Shown: piece by piece, positions 37,361-51,000 of the stretch | How positions within the stretch are numbered: position 1 is the stretch's first letter | How the letters are laid out: the number at the start of each line of letters is the position of its first letter | Assembly (NCBI GenBank): GCA_010909165.1 | Contig: MU008187.1 | Span: 376,247 to 440,246, forward strand | DNA from: Anthoceros angustus | Lineage: Eukaryota; Plantae; Anthocerotophyta | Direction of reading: 5' to 3' | DNA length: 64,000 bases | Position numbers and translations under genes: made by a program | Notes under the pieces: generated by a model | Told to the model about the DNA's origin: nothing | The model's input: the letters and a program-made list of their open reading frames with translations, nothing else | Database searches by the model: none

Positions 37361-37561
37361 GCGACGGCCATCGCTGGATAAAGCTTCCCAACCCACAGAT
37401 TTTTTCGGAAGTGGAAATGCTGGGCTCCTGACACTGCTGCCCCTGGAGGCTTGGATGTTCGCCGGGGGCTGACTCCCAGAGGTGAGGTGAGCAGGAGCTC
37501 CTCGTAGAATCCCTGTACAAACACCAATTTGTTGGGACCGCAAAAGTCCCCGCCGACGCAT
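33927..37561 (-). CDS. PLS-class PPR protein with N-terminal OSB-type PDF motifs and C-terminal DYW:KP (GRP) domain; middle PPR tract frameshifted as assembled
   Basis: Arg-rich N-terminal presequence; [47 protein letters not shown]; P-L-S triplets; E1/E2; [36 protein letters not shown]. Confidence 0.93.
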
Positions 37562-38828
37562 CGCCTCAGCCTGGAGCGAGACCTGGGACTGGCATAGGGC
37601 AACAACAGCAAGTGCAATCGGGAGCGGGAGCGGGACGTGAACATAGATGTACCATGGACATGATGCAGGGCCGCGCCATTTCTTTGTCCCAGGGCTCACA
37701 TTCACATTTTTTCACACGAGCCCTGCGCATAGTGCAAGCAGTTTCTTTTCCTTGGACACCCACAAAAGACTTCTTTCCCAGGTGTTACGTCTAGACTCTG
37801 CAGCTCCGTCATGTGTGTACGTCTGTGTATACCGTTCGCATCATGCATTCAGAGGTGCCGAGTATGACCATGGCCACAGGCTCGTGTCCCACATATATCT
37901 TCACACGCTTGTCAGCAGGCATGCATCTGGATATCCTTCAGATTAGGCTTTCAGAGTTTGAGTCGCACGTCTTGCCTCTTCGCATGGATTTCATAGAGGT
38001 GATTCCATGTTCTGCAGTTTTTGATTTTTGAGCTACGCAACCCAGGTGTTTAGCTGCAGTGTGGATCCTGACCTCGACGGCCTGAGCTTTGCCCCAGGAG
38101 GCACCGTTCAAGACATGTGACATCAACACATGGCAATCCACGTCTAGAAATACCAGTATCATTCTCGGTGCCGATGACAGGATTGATAGACACTGTTTGA
38201 CATCAAACAGTTCCAGCAAAATGAAACAAATGGAAGGTAGGACTCACAGTGATCGAAGCTTATCAAATGATTTCTTTTACAATAACAAAGATTATCTCAT
38301 ATGCTACATGCTCGTAATCAGATAGCCTACAAAAGTGAGAAGGGTAGAACTACATAGTTGCCAATTCTTATAAATGTGTGTCCATTTGGCCTAAGCCATT
38401 TGCACCCATTGGGTTTCAATTGCCCTTCAACGGGCACTCTCCAGAGTGATCCTCCACAAGGAGGCGACAGTAGGTGACGCATCTTCCTCTACCTCCGTGG
38501 TTTGCAGGTTGTTTATTCTTCCTGCATATGACATTGTGGGTGCAGTAGGTGACTTTAGGTAGGGAGCTTAGTTGCTCCTCTTCACCTCGACCCCCTGGTC
38601 CCCTTTGGTTGTCCCCTCCTAGATGGGCTTTTCCCATCGTTTTTTCACCTCAATAAAATCTTCCATATTTGCACCCATTGATACTAACGCCAAAAGCCTC
38701 AACCAAAGGCCGGCAAAAGGGCAAAAGCACCAGTTAAGTTCAGTAGGATTGTACGTATGTATGTAGAGTATTGTAGGGAGTGCATATTGATTATGACTTT
38801 TCACTCTATGGATGATCCCCTCTAGGTT

Positions 38829-39160
38829 ATGAACGCTAGGTCTATGTTACGGACAACTCAGTTATATATTAATGAGGATCTTACACCATTGCAATGGAAG
38901 ACTAAGAAGGAGAAGTTATATATCAATGAGGATCTTACACCATTGCAATGGAAGACTAAGAAGGAGAAGTTATCTGCTTTCATAGTAGCTCATGCTCGTG
39001 CTGCACGTCAAGTGGCTTTCTTTTGTGGGGATGAATTGGTGGTGTTTGGCCCTCGTTCATGCAATTTCGTTGACACTGTTGATTGATTTTCTTTTGTGGG
39101 GGTGAATTGGTGGTGTTTGGCCCTCGTTCATGCAATTTCATTGACACTGTTGATTGATTG
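38829..39160 (+). repeat. LINE ORF1-like fragment with two short tandem duplications
   Basis: LYINEDLTPLQWKTKKEK duplicated (54 bp); tttgtgggg..gaattggtggtgtttggccctcgttcatgcaatttc..gacactgttgattgatt duplicated. Confidence 0.5.
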
Positions 39161-41746
39161 AAGATTATTTGTCTTGTCTGAATTTTACCTTTACATTCAT
39201 CCAGACTATTTTATCATAATCTATGTAGTTATCATGTTTCAGTTCCATGACGGAAATCCATCCTTAATAGTCTTAAATAAAATTCTTCTTTCTTCTTCTA
39301 TGTAGCTTCAGCAGCTAACGGGAAAAGGAACAGGCATTCCTTCGGATTATGCATTGGGAGGTTCGATATACATCAACTGAAGACTACCAAATTCGTTCTA
39401 TGTTGGCGACCCGGTTTGTGGAAACGAAGCTCCTACAAGTTGAACCAGTTCTTAACTAAGGATAAACTCAAGTAAGCCGAAAGCCACCTTTCGCACTTCG
39501 GCACGCAACTTCACACGACAACGGTCTGACACCCTGTCGGTTGCGGCTCGCAGCCTTCCGCTGAACAGGGCCAAGCGGGGTCTCTACGGCGGGAGGCACA
39601 TTCGCTTCGGCAACCAAGCGAGCGAGGACGGCGGGAACAAGCACATCAAGCTCTCTGCTCTGGAATGCGGGGTTTCTGGATTTCCGCGGACTGTCTGATC
39701 TCAACGTCACTCTCTGGAATGCATGCGCAGGTCACGGCGCACATGGCAACCTAATGTGCAGAGGAAGCGGTGGATGTTACCATGCTCGCGCTGGTGAGCA
39801 CACCGGAGAAGAAGCTGGACACGGAGCTGGCGGTGTGCTGGAGGCGGCACATTGCTGCAGGTTACGAGAGGCTGTGCAGGACAGAAATCAGGGTGCCACC
39901 GCAGGACGTGCCCAATCGGCTGGAGGAGGATTTGGCTAAGATGAGGTCTGATGCCAAGGGGATTCGATGGCACGGAGACCGTTCTTCCCGGTGCTGGAGG
40001 GACAGGAGGGGGGAAGGTTCCCGGCTCTCTTGCGGCGGCTGGGGAACCCGAAGGGCCGGAAGCGGATCAGCGTGAGCGCGGGAGAGCAGCGAGGGTGCGA
40101 AGGCTTCTGCGGAGGAGGCAATGTTGTGATCGTCCATCAGCTGTTGTATGCCGGAGTTGGGAGCTGGAGGACTTGGAAGGGGAGGGGTGAAGTGAAGAGC
40201 GGCGGGCGAAGCGTCCGGATTGTTGGCATTGGCTCGCCACGTTGGCCTGAAAGATTAGGGCATTGTCGCCATTTTATCGCTCAATCGCCCCTCTCGACAT
40301 GTCAGCAACCTGGTCCTGGCCCCCTGCAATCTCGGCGCTTCCACTTTCGCCAACTCTTCACCCTCTGCTTACTTGCCTCACATTGGTCTCACGTCCCTTT
40401 GCCCCCTCGTGTCTCCCTTCCAAGTCCTCGGGGTCCTGGGTCTGTCCATGGACGAACGTGGTTGAATGTGCGGCGCGGGGGCTGCCATTCCCTCCTTCCG
40501 GTGTCGCTTTTCCTTCGTCTGATTCTGGGCCGGCCAAAGCTGCAGGGACGGCGACGCGTCTGCGTGGGAATTGAAGTTGCGGCTCTTGTGGATCATCAGA
40601 AGGAGGATAAGCAACACGGAAAAAAGCACTTCTTGAAATTGTCACCCGGGAATTGCTGTGATTTGCCTCGGCATTCAGCTGTTAGACACGGCGAGGGTTT
40701 TGAGTTCAGACCACCAGCCAGGTCCGGGCGTTTTGCCTCTCTGATACTGAACAACTGCCCGCAATGTTCAAGCGCCTAAAGGCTTCTGTGCGCCACATTT
40801 TCTCCTCAGGATGGCTGGGTATTGCCATCACTGCCTCTTGTGACGGCATCGGTCGAACTCTTGCAGCTGGCCCCAGAAGTTATTATGGCTTAGCTCTGCT
40901 GACACTTTGAAACATTCTCAGTCTACAGGACTAGGCGCTAGAGGGTTTATGACTCTAGCTATCTGTGGATCCTTTCTGTCGGAGTTGTTCCTCTCAATCT
41001 CGGCATCCAACACTCGTATACTCTCTCTCTATCTTGTCGCATTGGTCGAGTTGCTATCCATCGATATCCAGAGCGATCACAGTCTCAGAGCATGATCGTC
41101 ATGCGTCACTATACGATGGGTTAGGTCAGTTTGGGGCACTTTTTAGCTTCATCCTGGTTTGAAGGCCGAAATCGACGCACAGCATCGCCGTTGGACAGTA
41201 CTGCGCATGGACATATTCGACTCGGGCTGATGTTTGGAGAGACAGGAAACTGCTCTGTGTGAACGGGATGGATTTCGGCTCAAGTGGAGCACTGGATGCC
41301 TGGACTGAAGTGAAACAGCAGCTTGTGAGGCGTCTGTGGACTGAATGTTGCAAATTGCGCTATTAGGAGATCGAATATCAATGCAACAAGCTTGGTAGCG
41401 TCGTGGTGGTGAAAAGCAGAAAGGCCAGGCTTTGCTCTGCTGCTGTTCAGCGCACTGAAAGAAGGGATCGGTTGTGCATTCCAAGTTGCAGCATGGTTAA
41501 ACTTGTTCTTGCGGCAAGAAACAAGAATCCAGTATGTCAAGGTCTAAGGAGGAGAGACGTTTTGTGATCTTATCTGGTCCTGTATAGGAACCAGCAAACA
41601 AACAATAAGCGGCCTTTGGTGACGGAAGTTGTCATGCAGCTTTGACTAGGAATGGCCATATAAGCATACGTATTGCTGGAGTGAGACACCGCTGTTGAGC
41701 ATCCGGCGGTTTTTTTCAATTGTTCTGCAAGGGCCCTCCCGAAGTA

Positions 41747-42085
41747 GAGGACATGGTCAACTTGCTGGGTATCTTTTTTTTGCCACTTTCCTTGAGGTTC
41801 ACATTGTGGACTGATGTTGGTTGACCCAAACGCGTCAGAAGAGTCATACGAATTGAGTGACTGTTTCTTCCTTTTCCAAGCCGGCTAGCACAAATGCTTT
41901 GAGGGGGTGGAAGCGGCAGAGGACATGTTCAGAGTGCAGGGTATCTTGTTTTTGCCACTCTCCTTCAGGTTCACATTATGGACTGATATTGGTTGACTGG
42001 AAGACGTCAGGAGGTCCATACGGATTCAGTCAACATCCTCATTTCGGCCTAGTACGCTGACCACGAATGCTTTGAGGGCATGGAG
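41747..42085 (+). repeat. 172 bp tandem duplication containing the ATG micro-exon and intron
   Basis: gaggacATG-13nt-GTATCT...ggttcacatt.tggactgat.ttggttgac...aatgctttgaggg at 41747 and 41919. Confidence 0.8.
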
Positions 42086-45000
42086 TCCACTTCAGAGGAA
42101 CCGAAACGAAGGAAGAAAGAGAAGATAGACTTCAAATTTCGATTTCGCGTAACACAGGTTATTTTTCCTTTGACTCCAGAGTCTGCTTCCCAGCCTCTGT
42201 CCAGGAGTTACATGGTCTGGCTTATCGGCAAGTTGCTCTTGAACGGTGCCAAACCCAGGAAATACATGGATCTGTTGCATGACATTTTTCAGGATTTGAC
42301 CAGAGTGTGCATTCTGCTCCTCTCCAGGTGCCCAGTGGATGGGAGAAACTAGTTATTTCCATGGTGTCCTCTGCCACTGGAAAGGCAAGCATCAAAACTT
42401 CCAAGGCGGTTGTGAAAGACGGGCAGTGCTTATGGCCAGACTCTGTCATTAAGACCGCAAAGTTAACCATGGGTGCGGATGGGGAGTCATATCAACCAAA
42501 GATCTACAAGTTTATTGTGTCCAAGGTTCAAACCTTCATCAGCTGTAGCTCATGTCTTCCTCCTACAATTTCGAGGAGGTTTCCCACATTTTCTCCTGTT
42601 GTGGTTGAGACAGGGTTCCACTCGTGCTCACATTCTCGGAGAGGCGACGCTGGACGTTGCATTGTTGGCAAGTTCTAATAGTGAAGCTCATATCAGCCTG
42701 ATGCTAAAGGATAACAACGCAGGCACCACCTTGCATGTGCGTAAAGCTCCTCTAATGTTGCTGGACCTTTGCCGAGTGCGTAACACGGCACAAATGCATG
42801 TGCTGATCTTATCCCTCCCGGTGGTGGATAATTTGCAGGTTGTTGTTCAGTGTATCACTCCGAGGCCAGGCTTCAGGTACTTAGGAAGCTGTTGTGTGAT
42901 CTTGTAATCTGCCAGGCTTGGCGTGTCGAAACGGAAATGCCCCAGGTCTGTGCTGCAGAACGAACATACCCGTAAGCAAACTCTGTTGTTCTGAGAACTT
43001 GTTTTTGGCTTGCGCAGCAGCTGGCCAGCCTACGGCTTTTCGCTTCCGGAACCGGCAGATACTGATGTCAACCCGGCAGCTGAGGCTGATGCAGATATGG
43101 TACCCTTGAGTAGTCAACTTTTCGTTACATTGTTTGATGTTTGTTGTTTCGGCTGTCCTCGGCAATCAAAATACCTGCTCCATACAGGCACCGTCTCCGA
43201 GCGGTGAGCCGAGCATGCCCAGTGAAAAAACTACCGTGTCAGCAGCGTCCGGGAGCTCCATGGAGGTGGAGCTCCTGTCGCAGAAGAGGCTAGTTGAACA
43301 TCTTCAGTCTGTTATCCGTGATCTTGAAGGCAAAAATGCAGTTTTGGAAGAGCAGCTCCGGGTTACAGAGTCCCAGCTTAGAGTGGCTGAAGAATCCCAA
43401 CAGGACATTCATAATGCATCAGCAAGGGACATGGAAGATCAAATCATGCGTCTAGAGCTTGGGAAGACCGAGCTGGAGAGGCAAGTGCAGGGGGCTGAAG
43501 ACGAAGCCAGGATGACCACATCTCAAATGCAGGAACTGCGTGAGCAGCTGGCCGAGCGTGTGAGACATGAAGCAAAACATCGAAGCCACTTGCCTGGCAG
43601 CAAAGAGTTGGAGAGTCTGCTTGACAAGATAGGCAGATCGGAGGACCAAATTAAAGATTTTCTAGACCACCATCAGCTGCAGACAGCAAAAAGAGCTGAG
43701 TTGGAGTCGAAGATTGATGGGCTTGAAACATTAAGGGCTCAATTAGAGAAGCAGTTGCTGGAAGAGCAAAGGGGTAAGACGGATCTTTTTGATCAGGTAA
43801 CTCTTCACTCCATAACTAGCGAGGAGATGAATGCCAAGATTATGCAGCTTGAACTTGGAAAGGGTGATATGGAGCGGCAGCTACAGGAAGCTATGCAAGA
43901 TGGTATGCACAGTCGGTCTCAGATAGAGGAACTACGCAGACAACTGGCTGAAAAGGAATTGGAGAGCAAGGACAATGTGCAGAAGCTGGGAACTGCTGAA
44001 GTGGAGAAGCTGCTTAACCGGATTGGGAGGTCAGAAGATCAACTCAGAGACTACTTACAAGAGCATGTGGTTTCTGGTCCAAAACTACTGGAATACAACT
44101 CTAGGATCGAGGGCCTTGAGATGTTAAGGATGCAATTGGAAAACCAACTCTCAGAAGAGAGAAGGAAAAACAGTGATCTCACTGACCTGTTGCATCAGCA
44201 CACGAGTGCAATGAAAGAAGCGGAAGCAAAGATCGCCCACTTTGAAGTTCATCGTTCTGAAGCAGAGACTAGACTGCTGGAAGCCTTGGAAGCGGGCAAT
44301 CTCAGTAGGCTTGAAATGGAGGAATTGCGTGAGCGACTAGAGAAATCAAAAACTTCGTCAGAGAGCGGTGGTTATCATCCATTGTCTGGCAGACGTGAAT
44401 TGGAAAGGCTTCTTGACAGGATTGGGAGGTCTGAGGATCAGATAAAAGATTTTCTCGATCGACATGATCTTCAAGCAGCAAGACGTGCAGAGTTGGAGGG
44501 CAAGATTGAGGGGCTTGAAGGTTTAAGAGCTCAATTGGAGAACCAGTTGTGGGAGGAGAGACGGCGAAATTCGGAACACCTTGACCAGCATGCTGGTACC
44601 ATAGCAGAAATGGAGGCGAAGATTGCACATCTTGAGCTTGGGAGACATGATTTGGAGAAGCAGCTGCGTGAAGCTTTGGAGGATGGAACTCTTACCAGGG
44701 TTCAAATGCAACAACTACAGGAGCAAATAAGACAGCGGGAGATGTCTGAAAATTTGCATGCGGAGGGGAATACCCAAGTTGAAAAGCTTATTGCCAGGAT
44801 TGACAAATCTGAAGAGCAGATCAAGCAATATCTGGAATACCACGTAGCACCGAGCTCAAAGCGTGCGGAGTTGGACTCGAGGATACAATCGCTGGAAACG
44901 CTCAAAGTTGAGCTGGAAGGCCAATTACTGCACGAGAGAAGAGCGAGTGAAGGTCAGGTAGGTGAGCTTTTGCAAAGATTGGATGCCCATGCACTTAGTA

Positions 45001-48000
45001 GTAGTGAAGTGGAAGCGAGAATTGGCAGTCTGGAGGCCGATAAAGCAGAGTTACAGAGGCAGCTGCAGGAGGCTTTAGAAGTGGGGAGGCAACATAAGTC
45101 TCAAGCTGACGAGCTACATGACAAACTGCGTTCGGAAGACGGGGGGAATGTCGAGGTAGAAATTCTCATGAGTAGAATTGACCAATCTGAAGAGCAAATC
45201 AAACAGTTTCTGCAACATCATGTTGTACCAGCCTCCAGGAGGTTGGAAATGGAATCAAAGATTCAAGATTTAGAAACTTTCAGAGCTCAGCTGGAGAGCC
45301 AGTTGGCAGATGAACGCAGAAGCAGCAAAAACCAACTGGATGAACTTTGGCAGCGACTGGATGGTCACACAGCAAGTGCGCAAGAAATGCAGGCTGAGAT
45401 AGAAGCTCTCAAACTAGAACGGTCTGAGCTGCAGCGGCAGCTCACAGATGCTCAGGAAGACATCAAGAACTCTAGATCTTACATACAGGATCTACTTCAA
45501 AAGGTGGACAACCAAGCAGAGAACAAGAAGCGGATTGGAGCGGCTGAGATGGAAAAGTTGTTGAATAGGATCGAGCGGTCTGAGAACCAGATTAAGCAGT
45601 ACCTTGAGGATCATGTCTCTCAGGAATCAAGGCAAATGCAATTGGAGGCAAAACTTGAAAAGCTCGAAGCTGAACGAGCAGATCTCGAGAACCAGCTGGT
45701 GAAACAAAGGAGGGGTAGCGAGTCACAGATAGAGGATCTATTCCAGCAACTAAATGTCCACTCGTCCACATCCCAAGAGTTGGAAGCCAAGCTTGCAGCT
45801 CTTCAGATTGAGAAGACTGAATTAGTGCGGCAGCTGAACGATATGCAAGAAGAACTAAGACAGTCGAAGGAGCACCCACATCGGGTTTCGTTGATCATGC
45901 ACATTGCCACGAGAGATGAAGCTATTGAAAGGCAGCTTCAAGAAGCGCAAGAAGAGGGCAGGCTGAGCAAATCTGAGGCTCAGCACCTGCATGTCAAACT
46001 CACAGCTCAGATAGCAAAAATTGAACAGATGGAGTCAAGAATCAACGAACTTGAAGAGAGGAGGGGTGAATTAGAAGGCCAACTTGCTCATTCGCATGAT
46101 GAAAGGAGAAAGAGTTCGTCCAACGTTGCTTTGCTCCAGGGTCGTATAGCTACGTTTGATAGTGAGATTGACAACAAGGTTAAGGAGTTGAGAAGAGCAC
46201 GAGCTTCTCTGAAGACCAGACTCGAAGAGTATCAGATAGATATCCCTGAAGACAGTGGAGAGCACCACGATGTCGACGAGGATGGTGAAGCTGGGAATTA
46301 TGATTTCGTTACAGGAGACATGCGTTTGGATACCTCAGTGAACAACTTTGGACAAGAGCAAGCGAAAGTTTTGCGTACAATTGCAAAACTGGAGAAGCAG
46401 GTGGTAGTTCTGTCTGCAGATAAGGCTGAGTTGACAAGAAAACTCTCGCATGCTCAAAGTGAGCTTAAGACTTGTAAGACTTGTATCGAGGAGCTCAGCA
46501 ATCGCCAAGCGGTTTCCTTGGTTATGAATGTTGAGTCTAAGGACGAAGCTATTGAGAGGCAGCTCCTTGAAGCCCTGGAAGAGGGCAGGATACGGGAGTC
46601 TCAGGTTGAGGAACTCCATCGTCAACTTACGGGGCAGATTACTAAACTTCACGACATGGCATCTAGGATAGTGGATCTAGAAACGATGAGGAAAGAGCTT
46701 GAAGACCAGGTTTCCGAAGCACAAGATGCGAAGAGGAAAAGTCTATCTCAGGTCGACTTGCTAATGGTTCGCATAGCAGCGTTTGATAAAGAGATCGACT
46801 CCAAAGTGAGGGACCTTCAGAAAGCAAGATCAGCACTGGAGGGCAGACTGAAGGAGCTGCAGATCGATTTGGATTTGGGCGACGTACTTAATGATGTAAC
46901 GATGCATCCCGATGCCGGTGACCAGAGTGACGAAGGATCAAGAGGCTTAGAGGATCAACTGAAAGCATTTGAACGTGAGAATGCCAAATTCCTGCAAATT
47001 ATTGAGAAGTTGGAAAGGCAGGTGGTATCTGTTTCAGGAGAACGAACTGAACTAGCAAGGCAACTTCTGCAGGCTCAAGCGGAAAACCAGGAGCTTCGTC
47101 AGAAGCCCCAGGTTTCAATGGTCATGAATGTGGAGTCGAAGGATGAAGCGCTGGAAAGGCAGCTCCTAGAGGCTCAAGAGGAAGGCAGGTTGACAAGAAG
47201 CCAGGTTCAGGAGCTTCACGCCCAACTTTCCGATAAACTTGCTAGGATTGAGGAAATGGGGTCACGGGTCGCAGAGCTTGAGACTATGAGGAGTAGCTTG
47301 GAAGAGCAGCTTTCTCACTCCCATGAGGATAGAAGGCAAAGCCTCTCGCATGTGGACAGGTTGCAGGTACGAATCGCAGAATTTGACAAGGAGATTGAGT
47401 CGAGAGTTGAGACACTGCAGACAGCCAGAATGTCGTTGGAGGGAAGGCTGCAAGAGCTAAACATAGACCTTGATTTTGATGACATTTTGGAGGATGGCCA
47501 CCAAAATCATGTAACTGAGGTTCATGGTGAAGAGGTTTTGGCACACCGTCTCAAAGCTCTTGAGAAAGAGAATGCAAGATCTTTGAAAATCATATCGAAA
47601 TTAGAACGGCAGATGGTGTCTGTGACAAGTGAGAGGACCGAGTTGGCAGCGCAACTTGCGCGTTGTCAACAGGAACTCAGTAGCTGCCAGATGGAGATTC
47701 AGGACTTGAGTCATCAGCCTCGAGTTGCTTTGAAAATGAATATAGAGTCCAGGGATGACGCACTTGAAAGACAGCTACAAGAAGCTCAAGAAGAGGGCAG
47801 GCTGAGCAAATTCCAGGCTCAGCAACTTCACAGCCAACTCTCTGACAAAATTGCCACAATTGAGGAAATTGGATCAAGGGTTGCAGAGCTTGAAACAATG
47901 CGAAACAAATTAGAGGAGCAACTTTCACAGTCGCACCATGAAAGAAGGCAGACCATATCTCATGGAGAAATGTTGCAGGGACGGCTTGCCGCATTTGACA

Positions 48001-51000
48001 AGGAGATAGAGTCTAGAGTGGACGACCTCCAGAATGCCAGAGCTTCACTGGAGAGGAGGTTAGAAGAGATTGGAATAGACCTCAACTTTGATGATCTCTT
48101 GCAGGGTGATCATGATGAAGGTGCTGGGCATGAGAATGAGGGCAGCTTAGAGATGCGGTTAAAAGCATTGAAGACAGAGAATGCAAAATCTTTGAGCATT
48201 GTATCCAGATTGGAGAAGCAGATGGTCACCTTGTCTCAAGAGAAGGCCGAATTGGCCTCTCAACTTTCACATTGTCGACTTGAACTGCATAGCTGTAAGG
48301 AAGAAATTGAAGAGCTTTGTCATCAGCCTCGAATTGCATTGACAATGAATGTGGAGTCCAGGGATGAAGCACTTGAAAGACAGCTACAAGAAGCTCAAGA
48401 AGAGGGCAGGCTGAGCAAGTTCCAGGCTCAGCAACTTCACAGCCAACTCTCTGACAAAATTGCCAGAATTGAGGAAATAGGATCAAGGGTTACAGAGCTT
48501 GAAAATATGAGAAACAAATTAGAAGACCAGCTTGCGCAGTCACACGATGAAAGAAGGCAGAGCGTGTCTCAAGGCGACATGCTCCAGATACGACTTGCAG
48601 CAGTTGACAAGGAGATAGAGTCAAGAGTCGAAGACCTACAGAATGCAAGAACGTCACTGGAGGGGAGGCTAAAAGAGATAGGAATAGATCTCAACTTTGA
48701 TGATCTCTTGGAGGGTGATCATGATGAAGATGCTGAGCATCCCAGTGTGAGCAGTTTGGAGCTACGGTTGAAAGGGTTGAAAACTGAGAATGCAAAGTCT
48801 TTGAGCATTATATCCAGGTTAGAGAAGCAGATGGTCACCTTGTCTCAGGAGAGGCGGGAACTGACTTCTCAGCTTTCAGATTGTCGACTTGAACTGCATA
48901 GCTGTAAGGAAGAAAATGAAGAGCTTCGTCATCAGCCTCGAATTGCATTGACAATGAATGTGGAGTCCAGGGATGAAGCACTTGAAAGACAGCTACAAGA
49001 AGCTCAAGAAGAGGGCAGGCTGAGCAAGTTCCAGGCTCAGCAACTTCACAGCCAACTCTCTGACAAAATTGCCAGAATTGAGGAAATAGGATCAAGGGTT
49101 ACAGAGCTTGAAAATATGAGAAACAAATTAGAAGACCAGCTTGCGCAGTCACACGATGAAAGAAGGCAGAGCGTATCTCAAGACATGCTCCAGATACGAC
49201 TTGCAGCAGTTGACAAGGAGATAGAGTCAAGAGTCAAGACCTACAGAATGCAAGAACGTCACTGGAGGGGAGGCTAAAGAGATCGGAATAGATCTCAACT
49301 TTGATGATCTCTTGGAGGGTGATCATGATGAAGATGCTGAGCATCCCAGTGTGAGCAGCTTGGAGCTACGGTTGAAAGGGTTGAAAACTGAGAATGCAAA
49401 ATCTTTGAGCATTATATCCAGGTTAGAGAAGCAGATGGTCACCTTGTCTCAAGAGAGGCGGGAACTGACTTCTCAGCTTTCAGATTGTCGACTTGAACTG
49501 CATAGCTGTAAGGAAGAAATTGAAGAGCTTTGTCATCAGCCTCGAGTTGCTTTGAAAATGAATATAGAGTCCAGGGATGAAGCACTTGAAAGACAGCTAC
49601 AAGAAGCTCAAGAAGAGGGCAGGCTGAGCAAGTTCCAGGCTCAGCAACTTCACAGCCAACTCTCTGACAAAATTGCCAGAATTGAGGAAATAGGATCAAG
49701 GGTTACAGAGCTTGAAAATATGAGAAACAAATTAGAAGACCAGCTTGCAGTCACACGATGAAAGAAGGCAGAGCGTGTCTCAAGGCGACATGCTCCAGAT
49801 ACGACTTGCAGCAGTTGACAAGGAGATAGAGTCAAGAGTCGAAGACCACAGAATGCAAGAACGTCACTGGAGGGGAGGCTAAAGAGATAGGAATAGATCT
49901 CAACTTTGATGATCTCTTGGAGGGTGATCATGATGAAGATGCTGAGCATCCCAGTGTGAGCAGTTTGGAGCTACGGTTGAAAGGGTTGAAAACTGAGAAT
50001 GCAAAGTCTTTGAGCATTATATCCAGGTTAGAGAAGCAGATGGTCACCTTGTCTCAGGAGAGGCGGGAACTGACTTCTCAGCTTTCAGATTGTCGACTTG
50101 AACTGCATAGCTGTAAGGAAGAAAATGAAGAGCTTCGTCATCAGCCTCGAATTGCATTGACAATGAATGTGGAGTCCAGGGATGAAGCACTTGAAAGACA
50201 GCTACAAGAAGCTCAAGAAGAGGGCAGGCTGAGCAAGTTCCAGGCTCAGCAACTTCACAGCCAACTCTCTGACAAAGTTGCCAGAATTGAGGAAATAGGA
50301 TCAAGGGTTACAGAGCTTGAAAATATGAGAAACAAATTAGAAGACCAGCTTGCGCAGTCACACGATGAAAGAAAGCAGAGCGTATCTCAAGGCGACATGC
50401 TCCAGATACGACTTGCAGCAGTTGACAAGGAGATAGAGTCAAGAGTCGAAGACCTACAGAATGCAAGAACGTCACTGGAGGGGAGGCTAAAAGAGATCGG
50501 AATAGATCTCAACTTTGATGATCTCTTGGAGGGTGATCATGATGAAGATGCTGAGCATCCCAGTGTGAGCAGCTTGGAGCTACGGTTGAAAGGGTTGAAA
50601 ACTGAGAACGCAAAGTCTCTGAGCATTATATCCAGGTTAGAGAAGCAGATGGTCACCTTGTCTCAAGAGAGGCGGGAACTGACTTCTCAGCTTTCAGATT
50701 GTCGACTTGAACTGCATAGCCGTAAGGAAGAAAATGAAGAGCTTCGTCATCAGCCTCGGGTTGCATTGACAATGAATGTGGAGTCCAGGGATGAAGCACT
50801 TGAAAGACAGCTACAAGAAGCTCAAGAAGAGGGCAGGCTGAGCAAGTTCCAGGCTCAGCAACTTCACAGCCAACTCTCTGACAAAATTGCCAGAATTGAG
50901 GAAATAGGATCAAGGGTTACAGAGCTTGAAAATATGAGAAACAAATTAGAAGACCAGCTTGCGCAGTCACATGATGAAAGAAGGCAGAGTGTATCTCAAG

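Noticed and set aside
38416-38640. Cys/His-rich minus-strand ORF resembling a gag knuckle
   Set aside because: Spacing is not CX2CX4HX4C and there is no other TE coding context.
39468-40779. GC-rich region with overlapping ORFs on both strands
   Set aside because: No recognisable domain or consistent splice model; may be promoter/UTR of the NT-C2 gene or an orphan gene.
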